From: Microcystaceae cyanobacterium
GTDB taxonomy: Bacteria; Cyanobacteriota; Cyanobacteriia; Cyanobacteriales; Microcystaceae
Length of the DNA: 64,000 bases
Direction: 5' to 3'
Assembly: GCA_041746575.1 (NCBI GenBank)
Contig: JBGTGT010000011.1
Span: forward strand, 64,001-128,000
The position numbers were made by a program, and so were the translations under genes. Positions 51,966-61,937 of this stretch are shown here, piece by piece. Positions within the stretch are counted from its first letter, which is position 1. Every line of letters begins with the position of its first letter. The notes under the pieces were generated by a model that had not been told where the DNA came from, made no database searches, and worked only from the letters and a program-made list of their open reading frames with translations.

Positions 51966-52997
51966 TCAATTCATCATTGAAATAAAGTCTAGCACGCGAT
52001 TCCATGCCCACCAGCGATCGCTATCGGTTTCTCCCTGTTTGCTAATATAACCCACATGACCCCCATGTTGCGTTAGACCCAGCGTAATTTTAGGGTTTTT
52101 TTGGCAAGCTGATTTCAAATCTGGGATAATACTCGGATCAAATAGGGGATCATCACTAGCATATAAAATTAAAGTGGGTTTATTCAATTTACTCAGAAAA
52201 AGTAACGGACTACTGGCGGTGTAATAATCGTTAACGGTCGCAAATCCTAAGCAAGGAATCACCAATTCCCGATCAAAACCCATAATACTCTCTGCCCGTT
52301 CAATGGCGGCCGAATCGAACTGATTAGGGTGATATTTCTGCAATTGCCACGCTAATTTCTTTAATTCCTTAGCGATGGATTGTTCAACGTATCTCCCTAA
52401 AGGGTGGTGCATTAAACGAGTTAGAGAGCGGTTTGCATCCAAATTAGGACAAATAACTGTACATCCACCTATATCTTCCCATTTTAATCCTTTATAATCC
52501 GGTTTATCTCGTAAATTGATCACTTCTCGTCCTCCCCATAAGGCGAGTTGCCCCCCCAAAGAATAACCCGTAAACCAAAAAGGAGCAGGATAGCCTAGTC
52601 TTTTGGCAATAGCCGCAATTTCAAGAAAATCTTGCCCTTCATAGATCCCATCTGAGGTTAAAACAGGAGATAATTCCGCCGTTTTGCCATGGCCACGCCA
52701 ATCAAACAAAATAACAGCATATCCTCGTCCATAAGCCTTCCGTCCTAAAAGGGAGAGAAACCATTGATTTGCCAGATTCCCCGTAATGCCATAGGTTCCG
52801 ATAATTGTTCCTTTCGGTTGGCGAGGACAAGCCATGATTCCCCACAGCGGAATCGCTCCTTCAAAAATATGGGATTGATAAGGAGGTCTTGGACAAGAAA
52901 TAGTGGTTTCCCAATGCTTACTGGCTACCCATACGGTATAAAGCGTCATTAAATAGCCATTTTTCAACCAAAAAGGTGGATTAAAATTGGAAAACAT
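51966..52997 (-). CDS. YheT-like alpha/beta hydrolase
   Basis: DWRGHG, GYSLGG, DDP, GGHVGY. Confidence 0.88.
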   Translation of the reverse strand: MFSNFNPPFWLKNGYLMTLYTVWVASKHWETTISCPRPPYQSHIFEGAIPLWGIMACPRQPKGTIIGTYGITGNLANQWFLSLLGRKAYGRGYAVILFDWRGHGKTAELSPVLTSDGIYEGQDFLEIAAIAKRLGYPAPFWFTGYSLGGQLALWGGREVINLRDKPDYKGLKWEDIGGCTVICPNLDANRSLTRLMHHPLGRYVEQSIAKELKKLAWQLQKYHPNQFDSAAIERAESIMGFDRELVIPCLGFATVNDYYTASSPLLFLSKLNKPTLILYASDDPLFDPSIIPDLKSACQKNPKITLGLTQHGGHVGYISKQGETDSDRWWAWNRVLDFISMMN

Positions 52998-53016
52998 GGA
53001 TAGCAGGGCTTGATTA

Positions 53017-53172
53017 TTTACATTTCTTTACAGTCATTATGTCAGAAAGTCCTAATTTTTGAGAAAATATTCAATTAAATTAACCCTTACTTCGCAATCA
53101 TGCTTATAATCGGTACAGTAATCTTTATATTTCCCCTACAGTTCTTAGTGAACTGTTACAAAACGTTATAAA
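53017..53172 (+). promoter_or_regulatory. Two HLR1-like (RpaB) direct repeats upstream of rpaA
   Basis: TTTACATT-tc-TTTACAGT (53017-53034) and GTTACAAA-ac-GTTATAAA (53155-53172). Confidence 0.55.
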
Positions 53173-53187
53173 TCTACCCCCTTACCG

Positions 53188-53937
53188 ATGCCTCGAATAC
53201 TCGTAATTGATGACGACCCCGCCATTGCTGAATTAGTCTCCATTAACTTGGAGATGGCCGGATACGATGTCAATCAAGCTGAAGATGGTATTAAAGGCCA
53301 AGCCTTAGCCGTTCAGCTACAACCGGATTTAATCATGCTGGATCTAATGTTACCGAAAGTAGATGGATTTACCGTCTGCCAACGCCTGCGACGGGATGAA
53401 CGGACAGCCGATATTCCGGTCTTGATGCTAACGGCTTTAGGACAAACCCACGATAAAGTCGAAGGATTCAATGCTGGGGCAGATGACTACCTCACCAAAC
53501 CCTTTGATGTAGAAGAAATGTTAGCGAGGGTGCGTGCCTTGTTGCGTCGGACAGATCGCATTCCTCAAGCGGCCAAACATTCAGAAATCCTCAATTACGG
53601 ACATCTAACCCTTGTTCCTGAGCGATTTGAAGCAATTTGGTTTGAAAAGACCGTTAAGCTAACTCACCTCGAATTTGAGTTATTGCATTGTCTGCTGCAA
53701 CGTCATGGTCAAACGGTATCACCGAGTGAAATTCTTAAAGAAGTCTGGGGATACGACCCTGATGATGACATTGAGACGATTCGGGTACATATTCGCCATC
53801 TTAGAACCAAATTGGAGCCAGATCCTCGCCATCCTCGCTATATCAAAACCGTTTATGGGGCGGGTTACTGTTTAGAATTGCCTTCTGCTGAACAAAGTCA
53901 ATTCGATGCGAACGAACCCATTGCAGAAGGAGCCTAA
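53188..53937 (+). CDS. rpaA: Circadian output response regulator RpaA
   Basis: OmpR-type; [49 protein letters not shown]. Confidence 0.93.
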   Translation: MPRILVIDDDPAIAELVSINLEMAGYDVNQAEDGIKGQALAVQLQPDLIMLDLMLPKVDGFTVCQRLRRDERTADIPVLMLTALGQTHDKVEGFNAGADDYLTKPFDVEEMLARVRALLRRTDRIPQAAKHSEILNYGHLTLVPERFEAIWFEKTVKLTHLEFELLHCLLQRHGQTVSPSEILKEVWGYDPDDDIETIRVHIRHLRTKLEPDPRHPRYIKTVYGAGYCLELPSAEQSQFDANEPIAEGA

Positions 53938-54107
53938 GTAAGGTTTTAAGTAAGGTTTGTTGCAAAAAAGTCTTTAGTTAAAGAGAGAGACTAGAAAATG
54001 AGCAATAGGCAAGGATTTTAACCGTTTCAGTTGCTTAATTCTTCTCATCACGAGAATAAACCCCAAAATACTCTCCTCATTCAGCAACTCGATACACAAC
54101 CGTTTAA

Positions 54108-55286
54108 TTATTGGGCATAGTGGTAGAGTAACCAACCGCCTACCCCTAAACCCAACATGATCGGTAGCCAGCCCGCCATCATCGGCGTTAAAAAGCCAAT
54201 CATCCCTAAACTGCCAATAAAAAAGGACAAAAGATAGTAACCAAAAATGAGGACAATGCACAGTCCGAAACTGGTAGCACGACTGAAAGCTTGGGGACCT
54301 GCCCCTAAAACGGCCCCTCCTAAACCGAAAACAAAACAAATGAAAGGAAAAGATAACTTTTGTTGAGTTCTAACCTGAAAAATAACCAATTTTTTTTCGT
54401 CACCACTGAGTTTCAACAGTTTCATGTATTTTTGTGCTTGTATAATATTCATTTCATAGGGATCTCGTCCCTGTAGGGCAAATTCAAAGGGGGTTTTCGG
54501 TAAAGGTAACTGACGATGTTCAAAGGCATCCGCTTCACTGTAGGACGCATCCGGCGCAATTTCATAAATCGTTCCCCGAAAAAAGTCCCAAGTGTCTTTT
54601 TGGGCGTTCCAAGTGGCGGCATCGGAAATCACGATTTTTTCTAAACCCTGTCCTAACCATTGCAAGACGGTTAACGTTTTCATCGTTTGACCATCAAATT
54701 TTTCGGCATAAAAAAGACTTTTTAAACGTCTGATGGTTTCCCCACTGGGTAGGGTAACTTCTTCGTAATCAGGATAAAAAATGTCCTTTGTTTGCCAAAA
54801 AGGATGGTCTTCATTGAGAGATTGCACCAAAATCTCAGTGGCTCTGTAATTAGCTTCGGGAACAACGCATTCGTTGAAAGCAAAGGTAAGACCTGTCACC
54901 ACCAGACTTAACAGGAGTCCGGGTATCACCAAGCGATAAAGACTAATGCCACAGCTTTTCATGGCGACTAATTCAGAGTCATGGCCTAAACGACCATAGG
55001 TCATTAAAGTTGCTAATAAAACCGAGACAGGTAAAGCATAAGCCACAAATTCTGGCACTTTTAGCAATAAAATCTCTGCCGCCTCGATTAAAGGAAGATT
55101 GGATTCCACCATCTTGTTCGCTAAATCCGACAAATAACCGATCGCTACCCCTAAAGAGGCAAAAATGCCTACACTTAGCCCAAAAGGGGGAATTAACTCC
55201 GTCAAAATGTAGCGGTCAAGCAAAGATAATCTTAGACCTTCTTTTCCTAATCTGATAGGTTGGCTCAACCGTTTAAAAAACTGCAT
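54108..55286 (-). CDS. LptF/LptG family permease
   Basis: LDRYI, LP.SVLLATL..YGRL..DSELVA, periplasmic beta region, C-terminal TMs. Confidence 0.88.
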   Translation of the reverse strand: MQFFKRLSQPIRLGKEGLRLSLLDRYILTELIPPFGLSVGIFASLGVAIGYLSDLANKMVESNLPLIEAAEILLLKVPEFVAYALPVSVLLATLMTYGRLGHDSELVAMKSCGISLYRLVIPGLLLSLVVTGLTFAFNECVVPEANYRATEILVQSLNEDHPFWQTKDIFYPDYEEVTLPSGETIRRLKSLFYAEKFDGQTMKTLTVLQWLGQGLEKIVISDAATWNAQKDTWDFFRGTIYEIAPDASYSEADAFEHRQLPLPKTPFEFALQGRDPYEMNIIQAQKYMKLLKLSGDEKKLVIFQVRTQQKLSFPFICFVFGLGGAVLGAGPQAFSRATSFGLCIVLIFGYYLLSFFIGSLGMIGFLTPMMAGWLPIMLGLGVGGWLLYHYAQ

Positions 55287-55378
55287 CGACGAATGACCGA
55301 AATTGGCACTAGGAATGATGATACCAAATGGAGAGACGAGAGAGACGAGAAAGAGGAGAAGAACAGAATGAAAACGTT

Positions 55379-56515
55379 TCAGGTTAAGGAGTCAAAGCCA
55401 TAAAACGCAAATACATCGGGCATCATTTCATAGAGACGTTCTCGACTTAAGCCAAATTGTTCGGGGGAATAGTGATGAGTGCTTTGATAGGGTTTCTGGG
55501 TGATTTGCTTCAGTTGGTGTTGAACTTTTGGACTCATTGTCAAGTTAAATTGAGCATAAATCTTTTCGATTGTCTGATAGGGATCACCCATTAATTCTTC
55601 ATAGCGAATTTCGATGAGTTGACTTTGCTTATGTTGATCCATTTCCTGAAAAATCTGTATTCGCCGCCGATAGTATTCCGCATAAAGTTGGGCAAGGGAT
55701 TCATGAACATGGGGCTGATTTCGGATTTGAGGACAAAATTTTTGCCAAGGCACAGCATACATACTTAATAAAGATGGAATTGCTTCATAAGGATGACGAA
55801 TAATGTGAATCACTCGCATATCCGGCAGTGTCTCCAACATTGAAGTCAGTCGTCCCGTTAAAGTCGTATTTTTAATGAGTAACGTTTTATGCGTTCCTGT
55901 TGCATATAGATGACGCTTCAAAAAATCTTGATAGTAAGTCATTAATTGATCACGCGTTTCTTGAGGCGATTGATCGACCCAAGTGGCAGTCGGTAATTGA
56001 TGGGGAAAAGGAAATAAAAGGGTGATCACTGGGGTTAATAACGACCAGACAAAAACGGTTTCATCTTCTTCGTATCCATTTAATTGGGTATTATGAATGC
56101 TCTGCCAACCGCCAAAGCTTCTTTTATCAAGCCATTCTAACCAACGATTCCAACGATTCCTATGGCGACTGGTTAACCTTTTAATGGTTTCAAAACATCG
56201 ATAAAAACTAATTGCTGGAAAAATGGTTTGGTATAGTTTTGTACTGCTAAATTGTGGATCGTTAGCCAATAAATGATGAAGAAAGGTTGTGCCACTTCGA
56301 GGATTACCTGTAATTAAAATAGGCTTAGTAATCGGTTGTTTCTGGTAGTAAGGATAAAAAACTTTATCAGAAAATTGTCCTAAAGAAACAAAGGATCGGG
56401 CGAAAAAATAGAGGCTTATGAACAGAGTGACATAAGCGATATGAAGCGGATGAGCATTTTTAGATAAGTACGTTTTTTGTAAAAGTTGATAGAGGGTTTG
56501 ATGATCAAAATACAT
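55379..56515 (-). CDS. PAPS-dependent sulfotransferase
   Basis: 5'-PSB ITGNPRSGTTFLH; 3'-PB IIRHPYEAIPS; N-terminal TM. Confidence 0.88.
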   Translation of the reverse strand: MYFDHQTLYQLLQKTYLSKNAHPLHIAYVTLFISLYFFARSFVSLGQFSDKVFYPYYQKQPITKPILITGNPRSGTTFLHHLLANDPQFSSTKLYQTIFPAISFYRCFETIKRLTSRHRNRWNRWLEWLDKRSFGGWQSIHNTQLNGYEEDETVFVWSLLTPVITLLFPFPHQLPTATWVDQSPQETRDQLMTYYQDFLKRHLYATGTHKTLLIKNTTLTGRLTSMLETLPDMRVIHIIRHPYEAIPSLLSMYAVPWQKFCPQIRNQPHVHESLAQLYAEYYRRRIQIFQEMDQHKQSQLIEIRYEELMGDPYQTIEKIYAQFNLTMSPKVQHQLKQITQKPYQSTHHYSPEQFGLSRERLYEMMPDVFAFYGFDSLT

Positions 56516-56538
56516 GGCACAAAAAAATTGAGGCAGTT

Positions 56539-56976
56539 TTAGTATTTAGACGTTTTTTTAAAAACAATGTAATTGCTAATCAAGTAATTAATCATTGTTC
56601 CAATTAACATTCCAATAAAGGTATTGACAATGTAATTAACTGCCAACCTATCTAAAAGGGGAAAAATAATGAAACTACGGGCTACGAGTGCTGCTCCCCC
56701 TGCTAAATGATACAAGGGAAGTTGCTGAAAGAAAATTTTTCGTAATGATAATTGTCCTCCTTGCCATATCCAAGTGCGATAAATAAAAAAACTAACGATT
56801 AATCCCGCTTCAATGGCTATAATATTGGCAAAATTGCGCAAAATTGGCGTATCGAACCCTAATTTTTCCACCAGATAAGCCATTAAAACGAAGTTAACTG
56901 CCGCCGCTACAATGCCACCCATCAGAAATTTAATGACTTTAGGGCTAACCATCGATTTTTGTATCAGTCTCCTCAT
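56539..56976 (-). CDS. GtrA-family membrane protein
   Basis: KF..GG..AA.VN, four TMs, NY......VF. Confidence 0.85.
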   Translation of the reverse strand: MRRLIQKSMVSPKVIKFLMGGIVAAAVNFVLMAYLVEKLGFDTPILRNFANIIAIEAGLIVSFFIYRTWIWQGGQLSLRKIFFQQLPLYHLAGGAALVARSFIIFPLLDRLAVNYIVNTFIGMLIGTMINYLISNYIVFKKTSKY

Positions 56977-57135
56977 TTTGGGTTTTATAGGTTTAATTCG
57001 TCTAATATAAATTAAAATTTGCCAAAACAGTAACAGTGATAACCTCGCTTCGTCAGGGCGAATCTTGACAATCGATACAGTAATCTTATATTAAGAACTG
57101 TAAACTAGATGGGTGCGATCGCTTAAGGATTAACC

Positions 57136-58485
57136 ATGTCTGAATCTAAAACCCCTCAAGTTGTTATTATCGGTGGAGGATTTGCGGGATTATATGCCGC
57201 TAAAGCCCTCAAAAATTCCCCTGTTCAAGTCACCTTGACTGATAAACGCAATTTTCATCTATTTCAGCCCCTCCTTTACCAAGTAGCCACAGGAGCTTTG
57301 TCTCCGGCGGATATTTCTTCTCCCCTCCGTCTTGTGTTACGCGGTCACGATAATACTCAAGTTCTACTCGATGAGGTGATTGATATTGATCCCAACCTTC
57401 AACAGGTCATTCTCAAAGGCCATGCTCCCCTTACCTATGACTTTCTGGTGGTGGCGACAGGGGTGAGTCATCACTATTTCGGTAATGATCAATGGGCAAA
57501 TTTTGCTCCCGGTCTAAAAACGATTGAAGATGCCCTTGAAATTCGTCGTCGTATCTTTATGGCCTTTGAATCTGCTGAAAAAGAAACCAACCCAGCTAAA
57601 CGCCAAGCCTGGTTAACCTTCGTTATTGTCGGAGGAGGACCGACGGGGGTTGAACTCGCTGGAGCGATCGCAGAAATTGCTCACAGTTCTTTACAAGGGG
57701 ATTTTCGGCAAATTAACACGACTGAAGCCCAAATTATTCTACTGGAGGGCATGGATAGGGTTTTACCTCCTTACAAACCCGAATTATCAGCAAAAGCCCA
57801 AGAGGACTTAGAGCATTTAGGGGTCACTGTACAAACCAACAGCTTAGTGACGAATATTGACAACCACATTGTCACCGTTAAGCAAGGGGAAACCACTCAG
57901 CAAATTTTCGCTCGAACAATTCTATGGGCGGCAGGGGTTAAAGCTTCAAAAATGGGTCAAGTTTTAGCGAATCGTACAGAGGCAACTTTAGATCGCTCGG
58001 GACGGGTCATGGTTGAGCCAGACTTAAGTTTACCGCATTATCCGAATATTTTTGTGATCGGGGATTTGTCCCATTTTTCTCATCACGGCGATCGCCCTTT
58101 ACCCGGTATTGCCCCAGTCGCGATACAGGAAGGGGAATACATTGCCCGTTGGTTGCCGAAAAAGATCGAAGGGGCTAAAATTCCGGCTTTCTCCTATATA
58201 GATCGGGGAAATTTGGCGGTTATTGGGCAAAATTCTGCCGTTGTTGACTTAGGGTTCGTGAAGTTAACGGGTTTTATTGCTTGGGTTGTTTGGGTTTGGG
58301 CGCATATCTATTATTTAATTGAATTTGACAATAAACTGGTGGTGATGGTGCAGTGGGGTTGGAATTACTTCACCAGAGGCCGAGGCGCGCGTCTGATCAC
58401 AGGGGAAGGCATGATTCACGAGCCGACTGAAGAAGATCCCCACACCACAAATGCCACGCCTGTATCCTCAACCTCGAAACTATAA
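57136..58485 (+). CDS. Type II NAD(P)H dehydrogenase (NdbA-like)
   Basis: GGGFAG, FQPLLYQVATG, GGGPTGVELAG, WAAGV. Confidence 0.92.
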   Translation: MSESKTPQVVIIGGGFAGLYAAKALKNSPVQVTLTDKRNFHLFQPLLYQVATGALSPADISSPLRLVLRGHDNTQVLLDEVIDIDPNLQQVILKGHAPLTYDFLVVATGVSHHYFGNDQWANFAPGLKTIEDALEIRRRIFMAFESAEKETNPAKRQAWLTFVIVGGGPTGVELAGAIAEIAHSSLQGDFRQINTTEAQIILLEGMDRVLPPYKPELSAKAQEDLEHLGVTVQTNSLVTNIDNHIVTVKQGETTQQIFARTILWAAGVKASKMGQVLANRTEATLDRSGRVMVEPDLSLPHYPNIFVIGDLSHFSHHGDRPLPGIAPVAIQEGEYIARWLPKKIEGAKIPAFSYIDRGNLAVIGQNSAVVDLGFVKLTGFIAWVVWVWAHIYYLIEFDNKLVVMVQWGWNYFTRGRGARLITGEGMIHEPTEEDPHTTNATPVSSTSKL

Positions 58486-58502
58486 CGCTGATTGTAAATG
58501 GT

Positions 58503-59591
58503 TTACTGTTTAACACGGCTTAAAAAGCGACGAGAAAGAGGGATTATACCCAAAATTGCTATCCCCAAAAGACTGATGGGTGAGGTTGATTCGGGAACGG
58601 AAGTTTGTGTCGGATTAGGGGATGATTCATTCAGAAGAGATTCTACTGAATCCGCAATTCGTTGATGAACGGCCGTTGTAGGGTGGGCAGAATCCCACCA
58701 AGCAAAAGTCTCCTGAACCGATAAATCATCACTACAGCCTGGCTCAAACAAATCATTGGGCGCGGGAAAGGGGGAAATGGGATCGTAGAGGTTTATTTTA
58801 GTACATCCTTGAGTAATGTTGACCAATCCTGAGGCGACTGGATTGGCGAAAAGCTCCTCGTAAAATTGATAACTGTCAAACCCGATAAATTGAGTATTCG
58901 TATAGGACTTGCCTAATGCTTGAAGTTCTTGAGCTAATGATTGGTTATGAAGATCAATAATATTGGTTAGATTCGCTTGGTTTTCGGGGGAACTACCGAC
59001 GGCCAGAGGCGTTAAATTTAAGCTAGGTAAGTTAGGTACAATAATATGTCCTGCACCAGCATTAGCGAGGGTAGTTAAAGCTGATGATAAGTTACTAATC
59101 GTTGTGTCAACCAATTGTTTTTGGGCGAGAGAGTTACTAATATCCACGATAGGAGCCAGATAATCATTAGCCCCCACCCATAATGTATAAAGCGCATTTG
59201 AATCTAACGTAATGGATTGACCCAACAAAGTCTGTCCATATTGAAAAGCACCAATTTGTTGTTGTAACCCGATGGGGATAAAGGAAACATTGCTATAATC
59301 TGTTCTCGCTCCTCCTACTGCATAATTAATCGTATTAGATATGCCTAAATTTTGGGCTAAATAATCTGTCCAAACTTTACCATTCGAGAATCTACCCGGC
59401 GCATAATAAGGATAATTCGGTAAAAGTCCCCTCGTAAACGTTAATGAATTATCTGTATCAGAAAGACTATCGCCAAAAACCACCATTTGACTAAACGTTG
59501 TTGCATTGACGGAGGGTGCGTAAAGTGGAGCTGTTCCTAGCGTTAAACCAAGGGTGACAACAACGGTTGAGATTTTAGAGTTAAACATCAT
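58503..59591 (-). CDS. SGNH/GDSL hydrolase with PEP-CTERM-like sorting tail
   Basis: FGDSLSD, GRFSNG, GANDY, DSAHP; VPES + TM + RR. Confidence 0.9.
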   Translation of the reverse strand: MMFNSKISTVVVTLGLTLGTAPLYAPSVNATTFSQMVVFGDSLSDTDNSLTFTRGLLPNYPYYAPGRFSNGKVWTDYLAQNLGISNTINYAVGGARTDYSNVSFIPIGLQQQIGAFQYGQTLLGQSITLDSNALYTLWVGANDYLAPIVDISNSLAQKQLVDTTISNLSSALTTLANAGAGHIIVPNLPSLNLTPLAVGSSPENQANLTNIIDLHNQSLAQELQALGKSYTNTQFIGFDSYQFYEELFANPVASGLVNITQGCTKINLYDPISPFPAPNDLFEPGCSDDLSVQETFAWWDSAHPTTAVHQRIADSVESLLNESSPNPTQTSVPESTSPISLLGIAILGIIPLSRRFLSRVKQ

Positions 59592-60044
59592 CTTTCTATC
59601 AGTGTTACTAAGGAGCTAAATCGATGTCTCGATGGTATCACGCCCGTATAAGTGCGACAAGGGAAAATAACAAAAATCAGTAATTATTCGGAATAAAACC
59701 CAAAAAATCCGTAAATATACATATATATGTAAATAAAAAAATGTAAAGTTATTGCCCTAATTCCGTGAATACACTTACAGTGTTTTGCGACTTGATAAGG
59801 TACATAATTGAGGGTAAAGGGGCAAGGCTTGCGCCCAAAGGTGTATTACTTTAACTCGCAATTTGCTGTAAAGGGGGTTTTGAGATAGTTTTTATCTATT
59901 TAAAGAGAACAGTAATTGTGCTGAGATTTCGCTGAGAAACAACCTAACATTTTCTCAGGAGATTTTGAGCAAATCTTTCAGCTTATGGGTCTAGGGTAAT
60001 GAAGGATTTAAACACGACCTTTCATCAGTAAAGAGGGACTTATC

Positions 60045-60905
60045 ATGAGAAAATTCGTTTATTTATTAGCCACTTCGGGAATTTTAGCGACGACTTACCC
60101 TGCTGAGGCGGCATTTTTACGAGTAACCGTCGAAAGTCTTGCACCCAATAATGGGGTTTATTTTACGCCGGTTTGGGTGGGTTTTCATAATGGCAGTTTT
60201 GATAGCTATGATAATGGTTTAGCGGCAGCAGAAGGATTAGAGAGGCTAGCAGAAGATGGCGATACCAGTGTAATTTCTGCTGATTTTACCAATAATCTAA
60301 CCTATGTTAATACTGGATTAACTCAAGGGGGCATAAGGGTAGATGGCACGATCGGCTCGGCTCCCATTGCGCCGAATCAAACCGTTTCCCAGTTATTTGA
60401 AATTAGTGAAGATGAATCGAATCGCTATTTTTCTTATGCTTCTATGATTTTACCAACGAATGATTACTTCATTGCTAATGGGAATCCGACTGGCATCGAT
60501 TTATCGCATTTATTTAATAATATTGGAGGGTCAATTTCTTTTGATATTGGTAACAGCGTTAATGAAGCAGGAACGGAAATTAATGATTTTGATTTTTCGG
60601 CAGGTAATCCTCTTTTTGGTATTGCAGGAGGTCAATCAGGCGGTAATCAAGGAAATGAGCAAAATGGCGTAATTACAAATGTGACGAATCCAACTGATCC
60701 TTTTACAGATTTCCTCAATCGTCCGGCAGGATTTGATTTTAATCCCCTTAATTTTAACAATGATACTCTCTATCCCAATGGTATTGCTAGAGTTACGATC
60801 ACTTCGGTAAATGTACCTGAATCTTCACCGATTAACGGCCTATTTTTGTTAGGGGTTTTAGGGATTTTAGGCAAAATGGGTCAATCTAATAAGGGGAAGT
60901 CGTAG
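60045..60905 (+). CDS. Spondin-domain protein with PEP-CTERM-like tail
   Basis: TPVWVGFH, LERLAEDG, ASMILPTND.F, AGTE.N; VPESS + TM + basic. Confidence 0.85.
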   Translation: MRKFVYLLATSGILATTYPAEAAFLRVTVESLAPNNGVYFTPVWVGFHNGSFDSYDNGLAAAEGLERLAEDGDTSVISADFTNNLTYVNTGLTQGGIRVDGTIGSAPIAPNQTVSQLFEISEDESNRYFSYASMILPTNDYFIANGNPTGIDLSHLFNNIGGSISFDIGNSVNEAGTEINDFDFSAGNPLFGIAGGQSGGNQGNEQNGVITNVTNPTDPFTDFLNRPAGFDFNPLNFNNDTLYPNGIARVTITSVNVPESSPINGLFLLGVLGILGKMGQSNKGKS

Positions 60906-61059
60906 ATTAATTTTATCACCCCCTATTTTTTGTTTACTGATAGCTTAGGTGGCAGTTACATGACGTCGAAGCATTAACCCCAAGCGTCTTTAACCACCAC
61001 CTTTATTCGTTTCAATTGAGTCAAAAAGCGAGAACTACGTTAAATATTTCCCGACTTTT

Positions 61060-61773
61060 TTACTCTGCAGTTGCTAATTCTGTGCTACCTTGCGCCCGAC
61101 GTCGGGTTAAGGTATTAAAGAGCATAATGCCGATCGCTTTGATTAGATTTCCTTCTAATTCGTTAAACAACTTCATATTCATGCCAAAAGCGGCGTTTGC
61201 TTCGTCTACAATTCGATCTGCGGTTGCTTGATCGATGGGAAGCTCATTTAAGGCCGCACGATAGCGATTTTTGAATTCTTTCTCATCGGGAATGTCTTTA
61301 AATTGGTAGAAAGCTGTGCCACCTTCCCCTAAATTCATCGCTTTTTGAGCAATTTTCATGAGAATTTGTCCCCCTGAAAGATCACCCAAATAACGAGTAT
61401 AAGAATGCGCCGCTAATAATTCTGGAGAATTAGCCGCCACCTCATGAATCCGTTGCACATAGGCTTGTGCCACTTTAGAAGGAGCAATTTCATTACGCCA
61501 GTTAACCCCGTAATAAAAGGCTAAATCCTGTTCTAGAGCTTGTTTACGATGAAGTTGAGGGAAATAGATCTGGGAAACAATGGGGTGATTTTTGAGTTTC
61601 TCCATTTCTTCTTCCATCGCTGAATAGACGTAGTAGAGATTCGCCACTAATTTGCGATAGGAAGTCTTTTCTACCACTCCTTTTAAGAAGCATTTGACAA
61701 AACCGACGTTTTCGGCCATGGTATGGGATTTTTTCGTCCCTTCTCGTAACATGGTTGCTAAATTAACACTCAT
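61060..61773 (-). CDS. ho1: Heme oxygenase 1
   Basis: LREGTKKSHTMAENVGFV, HSYTRYLGDLSGGQIL. Confidence 0.95.
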   Translation of the reverse strand: MSVNLATMLREGTKKSHTMAENVGFVKCFLKGVVEKTSYRKLVANLYYVYSAMEEEMEKLKNHPIVSQIYFPQLHRKQALEQDLAFYYGVNWRNEIAPSKVAQAYVQRIHEVAANSPELLAAHSYTRYLGDLSGGQILMKIAQKAMNLGEGGTAFYQFKDIPDEKEFKNRYRAALNELPIDQATADRIVDEANAAFGMNMKLFNELEGNLIKAIGIMLFNTLTRRRAQGSTELATAE

Positions 61774-61937
61774 ACTATACAGTCCTATTCTTTGAGGGTA
61801 TGATCGAAGTTTGTAACAAACACTTCAAATTTTTCTGCCTAATTGGTTAGATTAGACTGAAATGATGAGAATTTATATTAAGAATTCTTACGAAATCGAG
61901 ATGGCGTAATGGATAATACGAAAAATTAATCTGCTTC

